From an uncultured Actinomycetes bacterium (GTDB lineage Bacteria > Actinomycetota > UBA4738 > HRBIN12), in NCBI GenBank assembly GCA_963758715.1, contig CAVWWK010000006.1:72597-136596 (forward strand): 64,000 nt of DNA. Reading direction: 5' to 3'. The translations under genes were made by a program, and so were the position numbers. Numbering within the stretch: the stretch's first letter is position 1; each line of letters starts with the position of its first letter. Under the pieces are notes generated by a model. That model ran no database searches, was not told the DNA's origin, and was given only the letters and a program-made list of their open reading frames with translations. Shown in pieces: positions 48,623 through 57,972 of the stretch.

Positions 48623-49320
48623 TCAGGGCAGGTACTGCTGTTCGATCCTGTGGATCTCACCCTCGCGAACGACGATCCACCAGGGGGCCTGGACGAAGTA
48701 GTCCGTCTGTGTCGTGCCGTTCACGGCCTCGGCGAACGCGGGGAAGTTCCCTGCTGTAAGGCGCAGCACGAGCCGTCCGGGATGTAGCGAACGACGACCG
48801 AGGCGGCCACGGGCATCGTCCGGAGCCGCGGGTTGTCGTTGACGATGTAGTAGCCGTTCACCGCCTCGTCTCCCCGGTCTTGGGCCACCTGCACCGCTTC
48901 CTCGTCGGTGTAGAACTCGGCCAGGTCGAACGTGAGCGATCGCGGACCGCTTTCCTTCGCCGCGTTCAGGAACACGAAGTGCCGGCCGTCCTCGAGGATC
49001 GGTGGTGCGGCCGACTGCGATGGCGACGCGGTGCCGGACGGTGAGGGATCGGGCGACTCGTCCTGGCTGGGGCTGGGCGCCGACGTGCGGCTCGGCGTCG
49101 CGGAGATCGCCGCGTCGCCCTCGTTCCCACCTTGCGCCAGGAGGTAGCCGCCTCCGAACGCGATCAGCAGCGAGAGAGCCGCGCCCAGGATCACGGCCAC
49201 CCGCCGGCCGTTCGATCGCGGCGGGGCGTGCGCCCCACGTCCGCTTGTGCCGCTCACGATCCTCCCGGTCGGGTGACGTCCGTCGCCACGATAGCCTTCA
49301 GATGCGGCGAACCCGTGCAT
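48623..49320 (-). CDS. Hypothetical N-terminally anchored protein with a Ser/Pro linker, with one frame break near 48775; start uncertain
   Basis: RRVAVILGAALSLLIAFGGGYLLA (TM), then SATPSRTSAPSPSQDESPDPSPSG, then ...YYIVNDNPRLRTMPVAASVVVRYIPD. It shifts to RLVLRLTAGNFPAFAEAVNGTTQTDYFVQAPWWIVVREGEIHRIEQQYLP*. Confidence 0.5.
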
Positions 49321-49340
49321 CCTCGGCAGAAGGGCATGAC

Positions 49341-49361
49341 ATAGTTAGCATCGCTTACTAT
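49341..49361. promoter_or_regulatory. Imperfect palindrome overlapping a likely -10 just upstream of marR (candidate MarR operator)
   Basis: ATAGTTAGC-ATC-GCTTACTAT has 9-bp arms with 1 mismatch. TACTAT ends 9 nt before ATG 49371 and there is no SD. Confidence 0.45.
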
Positions 49362-49370
49362 CCTGAGACC

Positions 49371-49812
49371 ATGCCGACCGCTCCCCCGCCACCGACGTCG
49401 CCGCCCTGGCCTCGAGCCTGCGCTTCAGCGTGACCCGACTCGCTCGGACCCTGCGCCGCGAGGCCGACACGGACGTCTCACCCACGCTGCTGTCCGCGCT
49501 GGCAACCGTCGAGTCTCACGGGCCCATGACGGCGGGCGACCTCGCCTCGCACGAGCAGGTGCGCAAACCGACGGTGACCCGGATCATGGCGTCGTTGGTC
49601 GACCGAGGCCTGGTCGAACGAACCTCCGACCCGGTTGACGGGCGCGTCGCGTGGATCCAGATCACCCGCAGGGCCGGAGGCTCCTGCAGCGGGTGCGCCG
49701 CCGTCACGCGGAGTACCTCTCCCGGCGCATCAGGCGCCTGGAGCCCGGCGAGTTCGCCACCTTGGAGCGTGCCGCCGCCATCCTCGACCGCATCACGGAA
49801 CGGCCGGCATGA
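49371..49812 (+). CDS. MarR-family transcriptional regulator, with two frame breaks in C-runs (49383-49387 and 49665-49667)
   Basis: MPTAP then ATDVAALASSLRFSVTRLARTLRREADTDVSPTLLSALATVESHGPMTAGDLASHEQVRKPTVTRIMASLVDRGLVERTSDPVDGRVAWIQIT then PQGRRLLQRVRRRHAEYLSRRIRRLEPGEFATLERAAAILDRITERPA*. Adding one C to each run restores a single ORF. Its stop overlaps the MFS ATG (ATGA). Confidence 0.8.
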
Positions 49813-51096
49813 GCCCGCGGGTCACCGAGGCCTTCAACCGCACCCTGTCGTCGGTGCGCACGTCCCGGAACTTCCGTCTCTACCTGACGGGTCACTTCGT
49901 CTCGGCGATCGGGATGTGGATGAACTTCACCGCGTCGGCGTGGCTGGTCCTGCGGCTCAGCGACAGCGGGACGGCCCTGGGCGCCAACGTCGCGCTCTAC
50001 TTCCTGCCCGTCCTGCTCCTGGGCGCGATCGGCGGCGTCCTTGCCGACCGGTTCGACAAACGGCGGATCCTGGTCTGCACGCAGATCGCCTACGCCGTCG
50101 TGGCGCTCGCGTTGTGGCTCCTGGTCGCCACCGAGGTCGCGCAGCTGTGGATGGTCTACGCGCTCTCGCTGGCCTCCGGGGTCGTCACGGCCTTCGACAA
50201 CCCCACCCGCCAGAGCTTCTACGCCGAGATGGTCGGAGAGGAGCACGTCCGCAACGCCGTCAGCCTGAACAGCGCGGTCTTCACCGGCTCCCGCGTGGTG
50301 GGGCCCGCCGTGGCCGGGCGTGCTCATCGCCACCGTCGGCATCGCGGTCTGCTTCCTCATCGACGCGCTGTCCTACATCGCCGTGCTCACCGCGCTGCTG
50401 CTGATGAGGACGAACGAGCTGCACCCACAGGCGAGGTCCACGCGCGAACGGGGTCACCTGGTTGCCGGGCTCAAGTACGTGTGGCGAACCGACGACCTGC
50501 GCCGGCCCCTGCTCGCCATGGCCGTGGTGTTCACGCTGGCGTTCAACTTCGCGGTCTTCGTTCCCCTCCTCGCCGAGCGCACGTTCGATGGCGACGCGGG
50601 AACGTTCGGGATGCTTTCGGCGCTGGCCGGCGTCGGGTCGTTCCTCGGCGCCATGGTCATGGCGAGCCGTTCGACGGTGCCCCGCCTGCGCGACCTCGCG
50701 CTCTGGTCGGTGGGGTGTGGGGTGGGCCTGGCCCTCCCCGGATTGGTTCCGTCGCTCTGGATGGCGGCCGTGACGATGGTGCCGATGGGATTCACGATCA
50801 TGGCGTTCATGATCACGGGCAACACGATGCTGCAGCTGAAGTCGGTGCCGCAGGCCCGCGGCCGGGTCATGGCGCTCTACGGCATCGTGTTCCTCGGCTC
50901 GACGCCGATCGGCGCCCCGATCGCCGGCCTCGTCGGCGAGCACCTCGGGGCGCGGGTCGGGTTCGTGTTGAGCGGACTGGTCGCCGCAGGGCTCGGCCTC
51001 GCTCTCATCGCGGTCGCCAGGATCCGCGCGGATCGTGCGGCCGGACTCCCGCAGGCGGTCGATGGCGAGGCGGAGCCGGTGGTCGCGTCCCGCTGA
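49809..51096 (+). CDS. MFS transporter (enterobactin-exporter/DUF894-like), with one frame break near 50315
   Basis: MSPRVTEAFNRTLSSVRTSRNFRLYLTGHFVSAIGMWMNFTASAWLVL...AVFTGSRVVGPAVAG shifts to VLIATVGIAVCFLIDALSYIAVLTALLLMR... (track 50320..51096). Confidence 0.8.
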
Positions 51097-51210
51097 ACCC
51101 CCGGGACACTGTCACTCGGATCGAGATGCGACCGAAGGCGGTACGGGAGTCGAAGAAGCCGCATTCCCGCCCGCCTTCAGTCACCGTGAGCCCGCGAGGG
51201 GGATCCCGGG

Positions 51211-51402
51211 CTACGTCCAGAGCGAACCCGTGAGGGTCGCGGCAGCAACGGTCCGGTCGTCGGGTCGGACGCCGTTCGGCCCGAGGTTCCGCCCCTCGGT
51301 GAACGCGAGCATCGCGGCGTACCAGCCGGGCTCGTAGGCGATGCTGCTGCACGTGAGGCAGCGGCTCACCGTCCCGGCGGGGTGCTCCCCGTGCTCGCTC
51401 AT
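51211..51402 (-). CDS. Possible small protein (63 aa), hypothetical
   Basis: An inner ATG of track ORF 51211..51504, preceded by GGAAGGACGGAG. MSEHGEHPAGTVSRCLTCSSIAYEPGWYAAMLAFTEGRNLGPNG.... No recognisable family. Confidence 0.25.
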   Translation of the reverse strand: MSEHGEHPAGTVSRCLTCSSIAYEPGWYAAMLAFTEGRNLGPNGVRPDDRTVAAATLTGSLWT

Positions 51403-51625
51403 GTCTCCGTCCTTCCGTGGCGGCGGTGCCGATGTGCCGGGACCATGGTGCTCCCTGATGCGCCATGAGGTCGATACCCATGGGGTGGGGAACCCGCCTA
51501 CCACGAGCTAAGTAAGTAGCACTACGTACGTTTCCATCCGTGGATCGAGGGCCTCGTACCTCCTGACCTGCAGATCCAGCGACGACGCACACTTGCGCAC
51601 GCCGCGGCCGAACCACGGATCTGAG

Positions 51626-53068
51626 TCACGGGTCGGAGATCTCCTCGTCGATCTCCCACTCGCCTCCGGCGCCCCGCCCGATCACCAGGACCGTCTCGTC
51701 GGCCAACCGAACCCGGAAGCGGCCGGCCCTGGGCGTCTCGAGCACCGCCTCGACCCGCTCGCTCACGCCGCCCCAGATCACCCGCTCCGGCGCGCCGTCC
51801 TCGTCCAGGTGCACCACGATCTCGGGGTGGCCCCGTAGCCACAGCGGAAGCACCGGGGCCCACAGGATGAACACGATGCCGACGAGCGCAGCCGAGCCGT
51901 TCTCGCCGATCGCGGGAAGCAGCAGGACCGCAAGCAGCGCAGCCGTCAGCCTGGCCAGGTTGTAGGCAACGTCGTAGACGGCGAACACGCGCCCCCGCAA
52001 CCCGTCGGGCACGGCCTCCTGCACCATCGTGTCGATCGGCACCTTCTTCCACGCGAACGTGATGCCCACGACGAAGCTTCCGATCAGGGCGGTCCACCGG
52101 TCGAGGAAGAGTGAGAGCAACACCAGGACCACGCCGCCCGATACGAACGAGAACGCCACGATGCGCTCACGCGCGAACCGGCGATCGAGCCTGCTCACCG
52201 TGGCCAGCCCCAGGAACACCCCGACACCGCCCGCGCCGATCAACCACGAGAAGGACCCGACGCCGGTCTGGAACCGCTCGCGGAACACGACGAGCGCGAG
52301 CACCAGCACCAGGCCCTGGCCCATCTGGTCGATCGAGATGGAGGTGATCGGCGCGACGGCGCGCGGCGTGCGCACGATGTGGCGCATCCCGTCGACGAAC
52401 TCGAACCCCACCCTGCGGAGCTCGTGACGAAGCAGGTCGGAGGATTCCGGCAGCTGATGGGGACGCAGGTCGCTCGTGATCCGCGATGCGACCAGCGACG
52501 TGACGACCCACATCGACGCCGCCGCGATGACGATGCCGGCGTTGCCGAACGCGTCCGACACCAGTCCGCCGGCGAACACCCCGACCAGCAGTGCCACGGT
52601 CCCGCCCACCGTGGCGATGCCGTTGGCGGCTAGCAGGTCCTCGGTGGGAACCATGCGCGGCACGACCGCCTGGGCGGTCGCGAGGAAGAAGCGGTTCACG
52701 CTGGTGACGAAGAGCGCGCCCGCGTAGTACCAGAAGGCGTACCGGGTCGGGCTGAGCAGCACGAGGAACGCGGGCGCCGCTCGCAGCAGCGGCGCCCCGA
52801 TCATGATGCGCCGGCGCGACCAGCGATCGATGAACACTCCGGCGAAGGGGCCGAGCAACGAGTACGGGACGATCACGATCGCCGAGGCGAGCGCGAAGCC
52901 TCTCGCGGTCGTGGCCCGTTCGGGCGAGAAGGCCAGCGAGGCGACCAACGCGGCCTGGACGAACCCGTCGGCGCTCTGACTGATGATCCGCATCGCGAAC
53001 AGCCGCCGGAAGTCGGCGTGGCGCAGCGCCTGCCGCGCGCTCCCGATGCGTTCGCCCGTCGTGCTCAT
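51626..53068 (-). CDS. MFS transporter with a ~75-aa C-terminal soluble extension
   Basis: Intact 480 aa: ...FRRLFAMRIISQSADGFVQAALVA...VFIDRWSRRRIM.... Tail: GHPEIVVHLDEDGAPERVIWGGVSERVEAVLETPRAGRFRVRLADETVLVIGRGAGGEWEIDEEISDP. Confidence 0.85.
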   Translation of the reverse strand: MSTTGERIGSARQALRHADFRRLFAMRIISQSADGFVQAALVASLAFSPERATTARGFALASAIVIVPYSLLGPFAGVFIDRWSRRRIMIGAPLLRAAPAFLVLLSPTRYAFWYYAGALFVTSVNRFFLATAQAVVPRMVPTEDLLAANGIATVGGTVALLVGVFAGGLVSDAFGNAGIVIAAASMWVVTSLVASRITSDLRPHQLPESSDLLRHELRRVGFEFVDGMRHIVRTPRAVAPITSISIDQMGQGLVLVLALVVFRERFQTGVGSFSWLIGAGGVGVFLGLATVSRLDRRFARERIVAFSFVSGGVVLVLLSLFLDRWTALIGSFVVGITFAWKKVPIDTMVQEAVPDGLRGRVFAVYDVAYNLARLTAALLAVLLLPAIGENGSAALVGIVFILWAPVLPLWLRGHPEIVVHLDEDGAPERVIWGGVSERVEAVLETPRAGRFRVRLADETVLVIGRGAGGEWEIDEEISDP

Positions 53069-53100
53069 CGGCCAATCGTAGGTGCGGGGTTCGGTGGGGA

Positions 53101-53775
53101 GTGCCTGCTGCCGATAGGAAACGAGTGCGACGTCTGAGAGCCGTGGTGCCGGTTGCCCTTCTCGTCGGCGCCCTCGCGCTCGCGAGCTGGGACTACCCCA
53201 CGGCCGTGGCCGGACCGGCGCGGGGTCCCTCGACCGGCGAACCGCCGCCGGGAAGCGTGCACGTCCAGGTGACAGACCAGTTCTTCACGCCGTTCACCGT
53301 GCCGATCAAGCGCGGGGGAACCGTGGTGTTCGACTTCGTGGGGTTCGACCACCACACCGCCACCGACGCCACGGGCATGCAGCTCTACGACTCCGACTTG
53401 AGGGACGAGGGGGACCCGGCCTTCTGGTACACGTTCCCCGCCGCGGGGGTGTACCGGTTCGTCTGCACCCCTCACGTGGAGTCCATGAGCGGGCGTGTCG
53501 TGATCCCGATGCGGGTCGCTCCCCGGCGCGGCACCACTTCCACGACGTTCACGGTGACCTGGGCGGCGGCGGTGGCCGACGCCGGGTTCGTCTACGACGT
53601 GCAGATCAAGCGGCCCGGTACCTCGTGGAATATGTGGCTCGCGGGTGAGACGTCACGGACGGCGAGCTTCACCCCGCGCGCCGGCGAAGGCACGTATCGA
53701 TTCCGGGCACGGATGCGTTCGCTCACCGAAGGCCGAGCCAAGTGGTCAGCCGCAGCGGTCGCCCGCGTGGGCTGA
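53101..53775 (+). CDS. Secreted cupredoxin (type-1 copper) domain protein with a C-terminal Ig/Fn3-like domain
   Basis: Signal/TM RRLRAVVPVALLVGALALASW. Copper ligand pattern FDHHTATD ... YRFVCTPHVESMSGRV (His, Cys-x2-His-x3-Met). Confidence 0.8.
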   Translation: MPAADRKRVRRLRAVVPVALLVGALALASWDYPTAVAGPARGPSTGEPPPGSVHVQVTDQFFTPFTVPIKRGGTVVFDFVGFDHHTATDATGMQLYDSDLRDEGDPAFWYTFPAAGVYRFVCTPHVESMSGRVVIPMRVAPRRGTTSTTFTVTWAAAVADAGFVYDVQIKRPGTSWNMWLAGETSRTASFTPRAGEGTYRFRARMRSLTEGRAKWSAAAVARVG

Positions 53776-53802
53776 CGAGGGCAGGCCCTTCCGTCAGGTC
53801 CG

Positions 53803-54927
53803 TCAGGCCGTCGTCGAGTTGTCGAAGAAGGCCGTCCAGTCCGCATCGGTGGATCCCCCGGTGCCCAGGATGAACTCCTCGACCATGTCATGGGCGCCCT
53901 CGTCGCTGAACTGAACGGGTGGGGACTTCATGAAGTAGGCGCTCGGCCCCACGAGCGGGCCCGACACCCCTCGGTCCAGCGCGAGCTTCGCGCAGCGCAC
54001 GGCGTCGATCACGATGCCTGCCGAGTTCGGTGAGTCCCAGACCTCGAGCTTCATCTCGATGTTGAGTGGCACGCCGCCGAAGGATTCACCCTCGAGCCGG
54101 ATCATGGCCCACTTGCGGTCCTCGAGCCACGGCACGTGGTCCGACGGTCCGATGTGGATCTCCTCCTTGCCCAGGGGCTTCTCCATCTGTGACTGGACCG
54201 ACTGGGTCTTGGAGATCTTCTTCGACGTCAAGCGCTCGCGCTCGAGCATGTTCATGAAGTCCATGTTGCCACCGAAGTTGAGCTGATAGGTGCGGTGGAG
54301 CTTCACGCCGCGGTCCTCGAACAGCTTCGTCAGCACGCGGTGGGTGATCGTGGCGCCCACCTGCGACTTGATGTCGTCGCCGACGATGGGCACGCCCGCG
54401 TCCGCGAACTTCCTCGCCCACTCCGGCGTGGAAGCGATGAAGGCCGGCAGGCAGTTGACGAAGCCGACGCCGGCGTCGATCGCGCACTGCGCGTAAAACT
54501 TCGCCGCCTGCTCCGAACCGACCGGCAGGTAGCACACCAGCACGTCGACGTCCGCGGCCTTCAGCACCTGGACCACGTCGGCCTCGGGCTGATCGGACTC
54601 GGTGATGACGTCGCGGTAGTACGAGCCCAGCCCGTCGAGCGTGCGCCCCCTGCTCACCGTGACGCCGGTGGCGGGCACGTCGGCGAACCTGATGGTGTTG
54701 TTGGGCTCGGAGAAGATCGCCTCCGCCACGTCGGTCCCGACCTTCTTGGCATCGACGTCGAACGCGGCCGCGACCTTCACGTCTCCGACGTGGTAGCCGC
54801 CGAGCTCGACGTGCATCAGGCCGGGCACCCGGTCCTCGGGGCTCGCATCCTTGTAGTACTCCAGGCCTTGAACGAGCGACGACGCGCAGTTGCCCACGCC
54901 GACGATAGCGATCCGAACCTTGCTCAT
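53803..54927 (-). CDS. ino1: myo-Inositol-1-phosphate synthase
   Basis: [28 protein letters not shown]...[31 protein letters not shown]...[12 protein letters not shown]... Confidence 0.95.
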   Translation of the reverse strand: MSKVRIAIVGVGNCASSLVQGLEYYKDASPEDRVPGLMHVELGGYHVGDVKVAAAFDVDAKKVGTDVAEAIFSEPNNTIRFADVPATGVTVSRGRTLDGLGSYYRDVITESDQPEADVVQVLKAADVDVLVCYLPVGSEQAAKFYAQCAIDAGVGFVNCLPAFIASTPEWARKFADAGVPIVGDDIKSQVGATITHRVLTKLFEDRGVKLHRTYQLNFGGNMDFMNMLERERLTSKKISKTQSVQSQMEKPLGKEEIHIGPSDHVPWLEDRKWAMIRLEGESFGGVPLNIEMKLEVWDSPNSAGIVIDAVRCAKLALDRGVSGPLVGPSAYFMKSPPVQFSDEGAHDMVEEFILGTGGSTDADWTAFFDNSTTA

Positions 54928-55532
54928 GAGGTGTGCTCCTTTCGCCGGAGCGTCGAGGTGCGGCGCTCCTTACCCCCTCCGCCGGAAGACCGGAGAGAAC
55001 TGCCGTTCAGTGACTTCGTGCGCTCCGCGGCGATCAGGTCCTCGACCCACTCGATGTCGCTCTCGGTCGCGCTCTGACCGTGCTCGATCAGCGCGTGCGT
55101 GTAGTCGTCGGCCCGGGCGCGAGTGGTGCCGAACGCCCCCTTGATCGTGGACAGTCGATCCTCGAGGAGGACGCGGCGGCGTTCCAGCAGCCGGATCCGG
55201 GTCTCCGGCGGCAGGTACCGGAAGAAGGCCAGGCGCACGCGGAAACGGGTGTCCTCGGTCGAGTTGTCCGTGGGGGTCTCCTGCAGCTGTTCGATGAAGG
55301 CCATCTCGCCCTTGGGAGTGACGCGGTAGACCTTCTTGCGGCGGCCCGCCCCGGCGCCGTCGTGGGGAACCGTCTCGACCTCGTCGTCGCGTTCCATGCG
55401 CCGAAGCGTCGGGTAGAGGGTGCCATAGGACACACGCCAGAAGCCCCCCAGCGACTCGCCAAGCTCCCGCGAGAGCTGGTATCCGTGCATGGGCTGTTCC
55501 TTCAGCAATCCGAGGATCGCGAGCTCGAGCAT
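54924..55532 (-). CDS. PadR-family transcriptional regulator (Rv0047c position, upstream of ino1)
   Basis: [52 protein letters not shown].... Its stop overlaps the ino1 start. Confidence 0.9.
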   Translation of the reverse strand: MLELAILGLLKEQPMHGYQLSRELGESLGGFWRVSYGTLYPTLRRMERDDEVETVPHDGAGAGRRKKVYRVTPKGEMAFIEQLQETPTDNSTEDTRFRVRLAFFRYLPPETRIRLLERRRVLLEDRLSTIKGAFGTTRARADDYTHALIEHGQSATESDIEWVEDLIAAERTKSLNGSSLRSSGGGGKERRTSTLRRKEHTS

Positions 55533-55558
55533 GATCTGGTTGATCCTTTCAGCCCGGC

Positions 55559-55590
55559 ATGTATCGGCTACATATATCGGTCCGATATAT
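55559..55590. promoter_or_regulatory. Two adjacent palindromes in the AT-richest patch upstream of padR (candidate PadR operator/promoter)
   Basis: ATGTATCGGCTACAT (ATGT-N7-ACAT) at 55559-55573, and ATATATCGG-T-CCGATATAT (perfect 9-bp arms) at 55572-55590. They lie 27-58 nt upstream of ATG 55532. Confidence 0.5.
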
Positions 55591-55666
55591 CTACCCGCAA
55601 GGCTGAGGAATCGTCAACCCCCGGAGCGTGGGCCTGCAGCTGTCCGGCGCTGACAGGCGAGGCACC

Positions 55667-55716
55667 ACCGAGCGGTCTCACCCGAGCGGCTTACCCGAGC
55701 GGCTTACCCGAGCGTT
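55667..55716. repeat. Short 13-bp tandem repeat (about 3.5 copies) straddling the stop codon of the 55704..56423 gene
   Basis: ACCCGAGCGGCTT at 55680-55692 and 55693-55705, a partial copy ACCCGAGCG at 55706-55714, and a degenerate copy at 55667-55679. On the coding strand each copy carries CTCGGGTAA/TGA. Confidence 0.7.
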
Positions 55717-56423
55717 CGCACCACGAAGCTCTCGAAGCGCGAGCGGCCGTCGTCCTCGTCGCGTCGTGTCCCTCTGGCCACCAGCCGCATGCGGATGCCG
55801 ACCTTGCGTCCGCCACCGAACGCTGCGCGTTCCGCGGCGGTCAGCACGTGCCTGAGGCTCGCGTACACGGTGCTCCCGCGCACCAAGGAGCAGATGACCG
55901 TTCCCTTGTTCCTCGTCAGCTTCAGGGTGTACCGGCGTGCGGCGGTGAGCCCGAGGTTGTCCTTCGCCTTCACCAGGTCCGGCGGACGGTTGCGGATGCG
56001 GTGGCCGATCGCGAGCATCCCCTTGCGATGCGCAGGAGTGTTCTCGACCTTGCAGAACAAGTGGTTCCCGACGCTCTTGTACGGGCCCACCAGGCCCACG
56101 TTCGCGTGCGTCGGACTCAGCCGCAGCTTCGTCCAGACGGCCATGCCGCGCTTCGCGTAGCTCGAGCGCATCGTGCGAACGGAGTACCCGAGATTCGTGA
56201 CCGGCGAGACCGATGACCTCACGATCCTGGCGGCGCCGTTCACGCGCCTCCAGTCGGCGTGGACATCCTTCCAGCGGCGCGACAGCTCGGGCGCGGTGCC
56301 GTTGAACTGTTCCCCGATGATCGTCGTGGAGCCGGCGGAGGCTGTTCCCATAAGGCCGGTAACGGTCATGATCACGGCCGTCGCGCACACGACAGCCGCA
56401 CGGATGGTTCGGGTCATCTGCAA
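55704..56423 (-). CDS. Hypothetical secreted protein
   Basis: 239 aa with signal peptide MQMTRTIRAAVVCATAVIMTVTGLMGTASA. No motif I can name. Confidence 0.6.
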   Translation of the reverse strand: MQMTRTIRAAVVCATAVIMTVTGLMGTASAGSTTIIGEQFNGTAPELSRRWKDVHADWRRVNGAARIVRSSVSPVTNLGYSVRTMRSSYAKRGMAVWTKLRLSPTHANVGLVGPYKSVGNHLFCKVENTPAHRKGMLAIGHRIRNRPPDLVKAKDNLGLTAARRYTLKLTRNKGTVICSLVRGSTVYASLRHVLTAAERAAFGGGRKVGIRMRLVARGTRRDEDDGRSRFESFVVRTLG

Positions 56424-56533
56424 GCTCCCCCTCGCATCGATGTGGCGCCTCGGACCTACCTATTGTGCACCACGCCGATGCTCCCGCGTGTAACCTTTGG
56501 GAGGAAGTTCGTATCGCGGGTGGCCTACGACCA

Positions 56534-57202
56534 TCAGCCGGGTGACAAGGGGCGGTGCCAACCGGAGATGTAGCCCGGTGTCGGCACCCCGTCCTTCAGG
56601 AGCGGGTCGTCGATCGGCTCGCCGGGCACCGTGGTGAGCGGCAGGATCCCGGCCCAGACATCGAGGTCGTAATCCTCGTCGAGATCGACGGCCTGGCCGG
56701 TGCTGACCTTCGCCGACGCCTCGGCGAGTGGAACCTTGAGGAACAGCGTCTGGCGGAGCTCATCCTCGCTGGGCAGGCGCGCATCCTCACCGCGACCGGG
56801 GGCGACGTGGTTCGTGATCGCCTTGAAGACGATGCGCAATTCGTCCAGGTCGGTGACTTCGGTCGGTTCGCCATAGACCACGACCGAGCGGTAGTTCATC
56901 GAGTGCTCGAACATCGAACGCGCGAACCGGATGCTGTCGATGATCGTGACGGCGATCGCGAGGCTCGCCCCGTCGCGCAGCGTGCGGAGGGTCTGCGAAG
57001 CCCGCGACCCGTGGATGTAGAGCGTCTCGCCGATCCGGGCGTGGATGGTGGGGATGACGCGAGGATCGCCGTCCTGCGCCGTGTAGCCGACGTGGCAGAT
57101 GAGGGCCTCGTCCAAGATCGCGTTGAGGGCATCGCGTTCGTACACCCCGAGCTCCGGGAGTCGGCGGACCCGGGTCCGCGGGCTGGGCGCGTCGGTGGAC
57201 AT
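56534..57202 (-). CDS. Pyridoxamine 5'-phosphate oxidase-like FMN-binding split-barrel protein
   Basis: ...RRLPELGVYERDALNAILDEALICHVGYTAQDGDPRVIPTIHARIGETLYIHGSRAS... Confidence 0.8.
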   Translation of the reverse strand: MSTDAPSPRTRVRRLPELGVYERDALNAILDEALICHVGYTAQDGDPRVIPTIHARIGETLYIHGSRASQTLRTLRDGASLAIAVTIIDSIRFARSMFEHSMNYRSVVVYGEPTEVTDLDELRIVFKAITNHVAPGRGEDARLPSEDELRQTLFLKVPLAEASAKVSTGQAVDLDEDYDLDVWAGILPLTTVPGEPIDDPLLKDGVPTPGYISGWHRPLSPG

Positions 57203-57400
57203 GGAATCAGATGGTACCCGGTGGTTTCGGGGGCGCTGCAGGTGGTTTCGGCGTGGGGACGACGACCGCCGTTCGGTGTTCCCGCCCTACCGCTCGTCAA
57301 GGGGTTCCAGGGCTACTCGCAGGAAGTAGTCGTTCTCCCCTTCACATGAGCCTGGGCGGATCGGTACGAGATCCCCCCTTCTCGGAGAGTGGTCGCGCCC

Positions 57401-57933
57401 TCAGCCGCCCTCCGGTTCCACGCCTCGAGCCTCGAGGACCTGCGCCCGCTGGAAGGCGTAGCCCACCATCCACGTCGGGTCGACGCGACAGAGCACGATG
57501 CTCTCGCCCCATGAGAACGGCGACGACCCGTAGTGCGTCGTCAGATGCCCGGCGATCTCGTCGAAGTCTTCGTGTCCGGACTCCAGGAACTCCACTCTGC
57601 CGTGGGTGAAGATCGCGACCTCCTCGCCTTCCACGCACGCCGCGCTCACGGCCGGCCGTGCGCGGAGGTGGCGCACCTTCGCCGCCGACCCGCTCGTGGT
57701 GAACACCCAGCGGCCGTGAAGGAAGTGTCCGTCGACGGCGCTGATCCGAGGCTCGCCCTCCGCGGTTGTCGTGGCCACAGCCAAGACCCGCATCCCCGCA
57801 TCAACGCCGCGATGTCGCGTGCTCGCAGCGTGCGCGAATCATCGATGATCCCACGGAGGTGCTCGGTTGCCCGGGCGTGCGACGCGTCGAGCAACGCCTG
57901 CAGCCGATCCAGTTCCTGCTCGGTCTCCAGCAT
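57401..57933 (-). CDS. PPOX-class (F420/FMN) split-barrel protein, with one frame break in a C4/G4 run at 57794-57797
   Basis: MLETEQELDRLQALLDASHARATEHLRGIIDDSRTLRARDIAALMRG shifts to MRVLAVATTTAEGEPRISAVDGHFLHGRWVFTTSGSAAKVRHLRARPAVSA.... Adding one G (cgg ggg atg cgg gtc) joins the frames. Confidence 0.7.
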
Positions 57934-57972
57934 CAGGATCGACGGGCCAGCCGAGGCCCTCCCAGCACACTG

